Part shown: one piece after another, positions 1 to 10,100 of the stretch
Layout: every line of letters starts with the position of its first letter
Position numbering within the stretch: the stretch's first letter is position 1
From: Eledone cirrhosa
Taxonomy: Eukaryota
Assembly: GCA_964016885.1 (NCBI GenBank)
Contig: OZ024744.1
Location: 122,512,001-122,576,000, forward strand
Direction: 5' to 3'
DNA: 64,000 bases
Program-made: the position numbers and the translations under genes
Notes under the pieces: generated by a model
What the model was told of the DNA's origin: nothing
Databases searched by the model: none
What the model saw: only the letters and a program-made list of their open reading frames with translations

Positions 1-3000
1 GTAGTTGGGTTTAGGGTTCTATACTGTAGTTAGGTTTAGGGTTCAGTAGTGTATTTAGGTTTAGGATTCTGTAGTGTAGTTAGGTCTAGGGTTCTATACT
101 GTAGTTAGGTCTAGGGTTCTATACTGTAGCTAGGTGTAGGGTTCTATACTGTAGTTAGGTTTAGGGTTCTGTAGTGTAGTTAGGTTTAGGGTTCTATACT
201 GTAGTTAGGTCTAGGGTTCTATAGTGTAGTTAGGTCTAGGGTTCTATACTATAGTTAGGTCTAGGGTTTTATACTGTAGCTAGGTGTAGGGTTCTATACT
301 GTAGTTAGGTCTAGGGTTCTATACTGTAGTGAGGTTTAGGGTTCTGTACTATAGTTAGATCTAGGGTGCTATACTGTAGTTAGGTTTAGGGTTCTGTACT
401 GTAGTTAGGTTTAGGGTTCTATATTGTAGTTAGGTTTAGGGTTCTGTAGTGTAGTTAGGTTTAGGGTTCTATATTGTAGTTAGGTTTAGGGTTCTGTAAT
501 ATAGTTAGGTTTAGGGTTCTATATTGTAGTTAGGTTTAGGGTTCTGTAATATAGTTAGGTTTAGGGTTCTGTACTGTAGTTAGGTTTAGGGTTCTGTACT
601 GTAGTTAGGTCAAGGGTTCTATACTGTAGCTGGATTTAGGGTTCTAAACTGTAGCTAGGTGTAGGGTTCTATACTGTAGTGAGGTTTAGGGTTGTGTACT
701 GTAGTTAGGTCTAGGGGTCTATACTGTAGTTAGGGTTAGGGTTCTGTAGTTTAGTTAGGTCTAGGGTTCTGTACCGTAGTTAGGTTTAAGGTTCTATACT
801 GTAGTTAGGTTTAGGGTTCTGTACTGTAGTGAGGTCTAGGTTTCTATACCGTAGTTAGGTTTAGGGTTCTATACTGTAGTTAGGTTTAGGGTTCTATACT
901 GTAGTTAGGTTTAGGGTTCTGTACTGTAGTTAGGTCTAGGGTTGTATACTGTAGTGAGGATTAGGGTTCTATACTGTAGCTAGGTTTAGGGTTCTATACT
1001 GTAGTTAGGTTTAGGGTTCTGTACTGTAGTTAGGTCTAGGGTTGTATACTGTAGTGAGGTTTAGGGTTCTGTAGTGTAGTTAGGTCTAGGGTTCTATACT
1101 GTAGTTAGGTTTAGGGTTCTACACTGTAGTTAGTTCTAGGGTTCTGTAGTGTAGTTAGATTTAGGGTTCTATACTGTAGGTAGGTGTGGGGTTCTATACT
1201 GCAGTTTGGTCTAGGGTTCTATACTGTAGTTAGGTTTAGGGTTCTATACTGTGGTTAGGTCTAGGGTTCTATACTGTAGCTAGGTCTAGGATTCTATATT
1301 GTAGTTAGGTTTAGGGTTCTGTAGTGTAGTTAGGTTTAGGGTTCTATACTGTAGTTAGGTTTAGGGTTCTGTACTGTAGTTAGGTTTAGGTTCCTATACT
1401 GTAGTTAGGTTTAGGGTTCTGTACTGTAGTTAGGTCTAGGGTTCTATACTGTAGCTAGGCCTAGGGTTCTATACTGTAGTTAGATTTAGGGTTCTGTACT
1501 GTAGCTAGGTCTAGGATTCTATACTGTAGTTAGGTTTAGGATTCTGTACTGCAGTTAGGTTTAGGGATCTATACTGTAGTTAGGTTTAGGGTTCTATACT
1601 GTAGTTAGGTTTAGGGTTCTATACTGTAGTTAGGTCTAGGGTTCTATACTGTAGTTAGATCTAGGGTTTTAAACTGAGTTAGGTTTAGGGTTCTAAACTG
1701 TAGTGAGGTTTAAGGTTCTATACTGTAGTTAGGTTTAGGGTTCTGTACAGTAGTTAGGTTTAGGTTTCTGTAGTGTAGTTAGGTTTAGGGTTCTGTAGTG
1801 TAGTTAGGTCTAGGGTTCTATACTGTAATTAGGTCTAGGGTTCTATATTGTAGTTAGGTGTAGGGTTGATAGTGTAGTTAGGTCTAGGGTTCTATACTGT
1901 AGTTAGGTCTAGGGTTCTATACTGTAGGTAGGTGTAGGGTTCTATACTGTAGTTAGGTCTAGGGTTCTATACTGTAGTTAGGTCTAGGGTTCTATAGTGT
2001 AGTTAGGTTTAGGGTTTTGTACTGTAGTTAGGTTTAGGGTTCTATATTGTAGTTAGGTTTAGGGTTCTGTAGTGTAGTTAGGTTTAGGGTTCTATATTGT
2101 AGTTATGTTTAGCGTTCTGTAATATAGTTAGGTTTAGGGTTCTGTACTGTAGTTAGGTTTAGTGTTGTGTACTGTGGTTCAGTCTAGGGTTTTATACTGT
2201 AGTTAGGTTTAGGGTTCTGTAGTGTAGTTAGGTCTAGGTTTCTGTAGTGTAGTTAGGTTTAGGGTTCTATACTGTAGTTAGGTTTAGGGTTCTGTACTGT
2301 AGTTAGGTCTAGGGTTCTATACTGAAGTTAGGTCTAGGGTTCTATACTGTGGTTAGGTCTAGGGTTCTATACTGTAGTTAGGTCTAGGGTTCTATACTGT
2401 AGCTAGGTGTAGGGTTCTATACTGCAGTTATGTCTAGGGTTCTATACTGTAGTGAGGTTTAGGGTTCTATAGTGTAGTTAGGTTTAAAGGTTCTATACTA
2501 TAGTTAGGTCTAGGGTGCTATACTGTAGTTAGGTTTAGGGTTCTATACTATAGTTAGGTTTAAGGTTCTATACTGTAATTAGGTTTAGGGTTCTATATTG
2601 TAGTTAGGTTTAGGGTTCTGTAGTGTAGTTAGGTCTAGGGTTCTGTACAGTAGTTAGGTCTAGGATTCTATACTGTAGCTAGGTCTAGGGTTCTATACTG
2701 TAGTTGGGTTTAGGGTTCTATACTGTAGTTAGGTTTAGGGTTCTGTAGTGTAGTTAGGTTTAGGATTCTGTAGTGTAGTTAGGTCTAGGGTTCTATACTG
2801 TAGTTAGGTCTAGGGTTCTATACTGTAGCTAGGTGTAGGGTTCTATACTGTAGTTAGGTTTAGGGTTCTGTAGTGTAGTTAGGTTTAGGGTTCTATACTG
2901 TAGTTAGGTCTAGGGTTCTATAGTGTAGTTAGGTCTAGGGTTCTATACTATAGTTAGGTCTAGGGTTTTATACTGTAGCTAGGTGTAGGGTTCTATACTG

Positions 3001-5293
3001 TAGTTAGGTCTAGGGTTCTATACTGTAGTGAGGTTTAGGGTTCTGTACTATAGTTAGATCTAGGGTGCTATACTGTAGTTAGGTTTAGGGTTCTGTACTG
3101 TAGTTAGGTTTAGGGTTCTATATTGTAGTTAGGCTTAGGGTTCTGTAGTGTAGTTAGGTTTAGGGTTCTATATTGTAGTTAGGTTTAGGGTTCTGTAATA
3201 TAGTTAGGTTTAGGGTTCTATATTGTAGTTAGGTTTAGGGTTCTGTAATATAGTTAGGTTTAGGGTTCTGTACTGTAGTTAGGTTTAGGGTTCTGTACTG
3301 TAGTTAGGTCAAGGGTTCTATACTGTAGCTAGATTTAGGGTTCTAAACTGTAGCTAGGTGTAGGGTTCTATACTGTAGTGAGGTTTAGGGTTCTGTAGTG
3401 TAGTTAGGTTTAGGGTTGTGTACTGTAGTTAGGTCTAGGGGTCTATACTGTAGTTAGGGTTAGGGTTCTGTAGTTTAGTTAGGTCTAGGGTTCTGTACCG
3501 TAGTTAGGTTTAAGGTTCTATACTGTAGTTAGGTTTAGGGTTCTGTACTGTAGTGAGGTCTAGGTTTCTATACCGTAGTTAGGTTTAGGGTTCTATACTG
3601 TAGTTAGGTTTAGGGTTCTATACTGTAGTTAGGTTTAGGGTTCTGTACTGTAGTTAGGTCTAGGGTTGTATACTGTAGTGAGGATTAGGGTTCTATACTG
3701 TAGCTAGGTTTAGGGTTCTATACTGTAGTTAGGTTTAGGGTTCTGTACTGTAGTTAGGTCTAGGGTTGTATACTGTAGTGAGGTTTAGGGTTCTGTAGTG
3801 TAGTTAGGTCTAGGGTTCTATACTGTAGTTAGGTTTAGGGTTCTACACTGTAGTTAGTTCTAGGGTTCTGTAGTGTAGTTAGATTTAGGGTTCTATACTG
3901 TAGGTAGGTGTGGGGTTCTATACTGCAGTTTGGTCTAGGGTTCTATACTGTAGTTAGGTTTAGGGTTCTATACTGTGGTTAGGTCTAGGGTTCTATACTG
4001 TAGCTAGGTCTAGGATTCTATATTGTAGTTAGGTTTAGGGTTCTGTAGTGTAGTTAGGTTTAGGGTTCTATACTGTAGTTAGGTTTAGGGTTCTGTACTG
4101 TAGTTAGGTTTAGGTTCCTATACTGTAGTTAGGTTTAGGGTTCTGTACTGTAGTTAGGTCTAGGGTTCTATACTGTAGCTAGGCCTAGGGTTCTATACTG
4201 TAGTTAGATTTAGGGTTCTGTACTGTAGCTAGGTCTAGGATTCTATACTGTAGTTAGGTTTAGGATTCTGTACTGCAGTTAGGTTTAGGGATCTATACTG
4301 TAGTTAGGTTTAGGGTTCTATACTGTAGTTAGGTTTAGGGTTCTATACTGTAGTTAGGTCTAGGGTTCTATACTGTAGTTAGATCTAGGGTTTTAAACTG
4401 AGTTAGGTTTAGGGTTCTAAACTGTAGTGAGGTTTAAGGTTCTATACTGTAGTTAGGTTTAGGGTTCTGTACAGTAGTTAGGTTTAGGTTTCTGTAGTGT
4501 AGTTAGGTTTAGGGTTCTGTAGTGTAGTTAGGTCTAGGGTTCTATACTGTAATTAGGTCTAGGGTTCTATATTGTAGTTAGGTGTAGGGTTGATAGTGTA
4601 GTTAGGTCTAGGGTTCTATACTGTAGTTAGGTCTAGGGTTCTATACTGTAGGTAGGTGTAGGGTTCTATACTGTAGTTAGGTCTAGGGTTCTATACTGTA
4701 GTTAGGTCTAGGGTTCTATAGTGTAGTTAGGTTTAGGGTTTTGTACTGTAGTTAGGTTTAGGGTTCTATATTGTAGTTAGGTTTAGGGTTCTGTAGTGTA
4801 GTTAGGTTTAGGGTTCTATATTGTAGTTATGTTTAGCGTTCTGTAATATAGTTAGGTTTAGGGTTCTGTACTGTAGTTAGGTTTAGTGTTGTGTACTGTG
4901 GTTCAGTCTAGGGTTTTATACTGTAGTTAGGTTTAGGGTTCTGTAGTGTAGTTAGGTCTAGGTTTCTGTAGTGTAGTTAGGTTTAGGGTTCTATACTGTA
5001 GTTAGGTTCAGGGTTCTGTACTGTAGTTAGGTCTAGGGTTCTATACTGAAGTTAGGTCTAGGGTTCTATACTGTGGTTAGGTCTAGGGTTCTATACTGTA
5101 GCTAGGTGTAGGGTTCTATACTGCAGTTATGTCTAGGGTTCTATACTGTAGTGAGGTTTAGGGTTCTATAGTGTAGTTAGGTTTAAAGGTTCTATACTAT
5201 AGTTAGGTCTAGGGTGCTATACTGTAGTTAGGTTTAGGGTTCTATACTATAGTTAGGTTTAAGGTTCTATACTGTAATTAGGTTTAGGGTTCT
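1..5293 (+). repeat. Higher-order repeat of the 25-bp satellite, period 2699 bp (108 monomers), two copies
   Basis: Rare variants recur in order: GTAGTTGGGT at 1 and 2700 (offset 2699), AAACTGAGTT at 1671 and 4395 (offset 2724, one extra monomer), GGTTTAAAGG at 2481 and 5180 (offset 2699). Confidence 0.95.
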
Positions 5294-5502
5294 GTAGTGT
5301 AGTTAGGTTTAGGGTCCTGTACTGTAGTTAGGTCTAGGGTTCTATAATGTAGTTAGGTTTAGGGTTCCGTACTGTAGTTAGGTTTAGGGTTCTATACTGT
5401 AGTGAGGTTTAGGGTTCCGTACTGTAGTGAGGTTCAGGGTTCTATACTGTAGTTAGGTTTAGGGTTATATACTGTAGTTAGGTCTAGGGTTCTGTAGTGT
5501 AG
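1..5502 (+). repeat. 25-bp telomere-like satellite array, about 220 monomers, open at the window start
   Basis: Continuous 25-bp periodicity with consensus GTAGTTAGGT(T/C)TAGGGTTCT(A/G)TACT. Each unit has TTAGGT followed by TTAGGG or CTAGGG. The consensus is 18/25 G+T on the + strand. There are no ORFs in the track. Confidence 0.98.
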
Positions 5503-5531
5503 TTAGGGTTAGGGTTAGTACTTAGGGTTAG
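5503..5531 (+). repeat. Short telomeric (TTAGGG)n remnant at the junction of the two satellites
   Basis: Reads TTAGGG TTAGGG TTAGTA C TTAGGG TTAG. TTAGGG is the established telomeric hexamer of vertebrates and many other animals. Confidence 0.8.
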
Positions 5532-7149
5532 TCTTGTACTCTGTCACTTAACACCAATGACACTAAGACAGACTTTATCCATGTAATGGACTGGTGTCCT
5601 GTCCAGGGGGAAGTCTTGTACTCTCAACCACTTAACACTAATGACACTAAGACAGAATTTAGCCTTGTGATGCACTGGTGTCCTCTCCAGGGACAGGTCT
5701 TGTACTCTGTCACTTAACACCAATGACACTAAGACAGGCTCTAAAGATGTGATGGACTGGTGTCCTGTCCAGGGGGAAGTCTTGTACTCTGTCACTTAAC
5801 ACTAATGACACTAAGACAGACTTTAACCTTGTGATGGACTGGTGTCCTGTCCAGGGACAAGTCTTGTACTCTGTCACTTAACACCAATGACACTAAGACA
5901 AACTCTAAACATGCAATGGACTGGTGTCTTGTCCAGGGGGAAGTCTTGTACTCTGTCACTTAACACCAATGACACTAAGACAGACTTTAACCTTGTGCTA
6001 GACTGGTGTCCTGTCCAGGGACAGGTCTTGTACTTTGTCACTTAACACCAATGACACTAAGACAGACTTTATCCATGTGATGCACTGGTGTCCTATCCAG
6101 GAGAAGTCTTGTACTCTCCGTCACTTAACACCAATGACACTAAGACAGACTTTAACCTTATGATGCACTGGTGTCCTGTCAAGGAGGAAGTCTTGTACTC
6201 TGTCACTTAAGACCAATGACACTAAGACAGACTTTAACCTTGAGATGCACTGGAGTCCTGTCCAGGAGAAGTCTTGTACTCTGTCACTTAACACCAATGC
6301 CACTAAGACAGACTTTAACCATGTGATGGACTGTTGTCCTGTCCAGGGCCAAGTCTTGTACTCTCCGTCACTTAACACGAATGACACGAAGACAGACTTT
6401 ATCCATGTGATGCACTGGTGTCCTGTCGAGGGAGAAGTCTTGTACTCTGTCACTTAACACCAATGACACTAAGACAGACTTTAACCTTGTGATGCACTGG
6501 TGTCCTGTCCAGGGACAAGTCTTGTAATCTGTCACTTAACACCATGACACTAAGACAGACTTTAGCCTTGTGATGCACTGGTGTCCTGTCCAGGGACAGG
6601 TCTTGTACTCTGTCACTTAACACCAATGACACTAAGACAGGCTCTAAAGATGTGATGGACTGGTGTCCTGTCCAGGGGGAAGTCTTGTACTCTGTCACTT
6701 AACCCCAATGACACTAAGACAGACTTTAACCATATGATGGACTGGTGTCCTGTCCAGGGGGAAGTCTTGTACTCTGTCACTTAACACCAATGACACTAAG
6801 ACAGACTTTAACCATGTGATGGACTGGTGTCCTGTGCAGGGGGAAGTCTTGTTTTCTGTCACTTAACCCCAATGACACTAAGACAGACTTTAACCATGTG
6901 ATGGACTGTTGTCCTGTCCAGGGGGAAGTCTTGTACTCTGTCACTTAACACCAATGACAATAAGTCAGACTTTAACCATGTGATGGATTGGTGACCTGTC
7001 CAGGGACAAGTCTTGTACTCTCAGTCACTTAACACCAATGACACTAAGACAGACTTTAACCATGTGATGGACTGGTGTCCTGTCCAGGGGGAAGTCTTGT
7101 ACTCTGTCACTTAACACCAATGACACTAAGACAGACTTTAACCATGTGA

Positions 7150-10100
7150 TGGACTGGTGTCCTGTCCAGGGGGAAGTCTTGTACTCTCAGCCACTTAACA
7201 CTAATGACACTAAGACAGACTTTAACCTTGTGATGGACTGGTGTCCTGTCCAGGGGGAAGTATTGTACTCTCAGTCACTTAACACCAATGACACTAAGAC
7301 AGACTTTAACCATGTGATGGACTGGTGTCCTGTCCAGGAGAAGTCTTGTACTCTCAGTCACTTAACACCAATGACACTAAGACAGACTATAACCATGTGA
7401 TGGATTGGTGACCTGTCCAGGGACAAGTCTTGTACTCTGTCACTGAACACCAATGACACTAAGACAGACTTTAACCTTTTGATGGACTGGTGTTCTGTCC
7501 AGGAGAAGTCTTGTACTCTCAGTCACTTAACACCAATGACACTAAGACAGGCTCTAAAGATGTGATGGACTGGTGTCCTGTCCAGGGGGAAGTCTTGTAC
7601 TCTGTCACTTAACACTAATGACACTAAGACAGACATTAACCTTGTGAAGGACTGGTGTCCTGTCCCGGGGGAAGTATTGTACTCTCAGTCACTTAACCCC
7701 AATGATACTAAGACAGACTTTAACCTTGTGATAGACTGGTGTCCTGTCCAGGGGGAAGTATTGTACTCTGTCACTTAACACCAATGACACTAAGATAGAC
7801 TGTAACCTTGTGATGGACTGGTGTCCTGTCCAGGGGGAAGTCTTGTACTCTGTCACTTAACACCAATGACACTAAGATGGACTGGTGTCCTGTCCAGGGG
7901 GAAGTCTTGTACTCTGTCACTTAACACTAATGACACTAAGATAGACTTTAACCTTGTGATGGACTGGTGTCCTGTCCAGGGGCAAGTCTTGTACTCTTTC
8001 ACTTAACACTAATGACATTAAGACAGACTTTAACATTGTGATGGACTGGTGTCCTGTCCCGGGGGAAGTATTGTACTCTCAGTCACTTAACACCAATGAC
8101 ACTAAGACAGACGTTAACCATGTGATGGACTGGCGTCCTGTCCAGGAGGAAGTCTTGTACTCTGTCACTTAACACCAATGACAATAAGACAGACTTTAAC
8201 CTTGAGATGCACTGGAGTCCTGTCCAGGAGAAGTCTTGTACTCTGTCACTTAACACCAATGACACTAAGACAGACTTTAACCATGTGATGGACTGGTGTC
8301 CTGTCCAGGGGCAAGTCTTGTACTCTCCGTCACTTAACACGAATGACACGAAGACAGACTTTATCCATGTGATGCACTGGTGTCCTGTCGAGGGAGAAGT
8401 CTTGTACTCTGTCACTTAACACCAATGACACTAAGACAGACTTTAACCTTGTGATGCACTGGTGTCCTGTCCAGGGGGAAGTTTTGTAATCTGTCACTTA
8501 ACACCAATGACACTAAGACAGACATTATCCATGTGATGCACTGGTGTCCTGTCCAGGGGGAAGTCTTGTACTCTCAGCCACTTAACACTAATGACACTAA
8601 GACAGACTTTAAACTTGTGATGGACTGGTGTCCTGTCCAGTGGGAAGTATTGTACTCTCAGTCACTTAACACCAATGACACTAAGATAGACTTTAACCAT
8701 GTAATGGACTGGTGTCCTTTCCAGGGACAAGTCTTGTACTCTGTCACTTAACACCATGACACTAAGACAGACTTTAGCCTTGTGATGCACTGGTGTCCTG
8801 TCCAGGGACAGGTCTTGTACTCTGTCACTTAACACCAATGACACTAAGACAGGCTCTAAAGATGTGATGGACTGGTGTCCTGTCCAGGGGGAAGTCTTGT
8901 ACTCTGTCACTTAACCCCAATGACACTAAGACAGACTTTAACCATGTGATGGACTGGTGTCCTGTCCAGGGGGAAGTCTTGTACTCTGTCACTTAACACC
9001 AATGACACTAAGACAGACTTTAACCATGTGATGGACTGGTGTCCTGTCCAGGGGGAAGTCTTGTACTCTGTCACTTAACCCCAATGACACTAAGACAGAC
9101 TTTAACCATGTGATGGACTGTTGTCCTGTCCAGGGGGAAGTCTTGTACTCTGTCATTTAACACCAATGACACTAAGTAAGACTTTAACCTTGTAATGGAC
9201 TGGTGTCCCGTCCAGGGGGAAGTCTTGTACTCTCAGCCACGTAACACTAATGACACTAAGACAGACTTTAACCTTGTGATGGACTGGTGTCCTGTCCAGG
9301 GGGAAGTATTGTACTCTCAGTCACTTAACACCAATGACACTAAGACAGACTTTAACCATGTGATGGACTGGTGTCCTGTCCAGGGGGAAGTTTTGTACTC
9401 TGTCACATAACACTAATGACACTAAGACAGACTTTAACCTTGTGATGGACTGGTGTCCTGTCCAGGGGGAAGTATTGTACTCTGTCACTTAACACCAATG
9501 ACACTAAGACAGACTTTAACCATGTGATGGACTGGTGTCCTGTCCAGGGGGAAGTAGTTTTGTACTCTGTCACATAACACTAATGACACTAAGACAGACT
9601 TTAACCTTGTGATGGACTGGTGTCCTGTCCAGGGGGAAGTATTGTACTCTGTCACTTAACACCAATGACACTAAGACAGACTTTAACCATGTGATGGACT
9701 GGTGTCCTGTCCAGGGACAAGTCTTGTACTCTGTCACTTAACACCAATGACACTAAGACAAACTCTAAACATGCAATGGACTGGTGTCTTGTCCAGGGAG
9801 AAGTCTTGTACTCTGTCACTTAACACCAATGACACTAAGACAGACTTTAACCTTGTGCTGGACTGGTGTCCTGTCCAGGGACAGGTCTTGTACTTTGTCA
9901 CTTAACACCAATGACACTAAGACAGACTTTATCCATGTGATGCACTGGTGTCCTATCCAGGAGAAGTCTTGTACTCTCCGTCACTTAACACCAATGACAC
10001 TAAGACAGACTTTAACCTAATGATGCACTGGTGTCCTGTCAAGGAGGAAGTCTTGTACTCTGTCACTTAAGACCAATGACACTAAGACAGACTTTAACCT

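Noticed and set aside
1-5502. True telomere with a long yeast-type 25-bp telomerase repeat
   Set aside because: Units are heterogeneous, the variant pattern is copied at 2.7-kb scale, and the G-strand continues into another satellite instead of ending.
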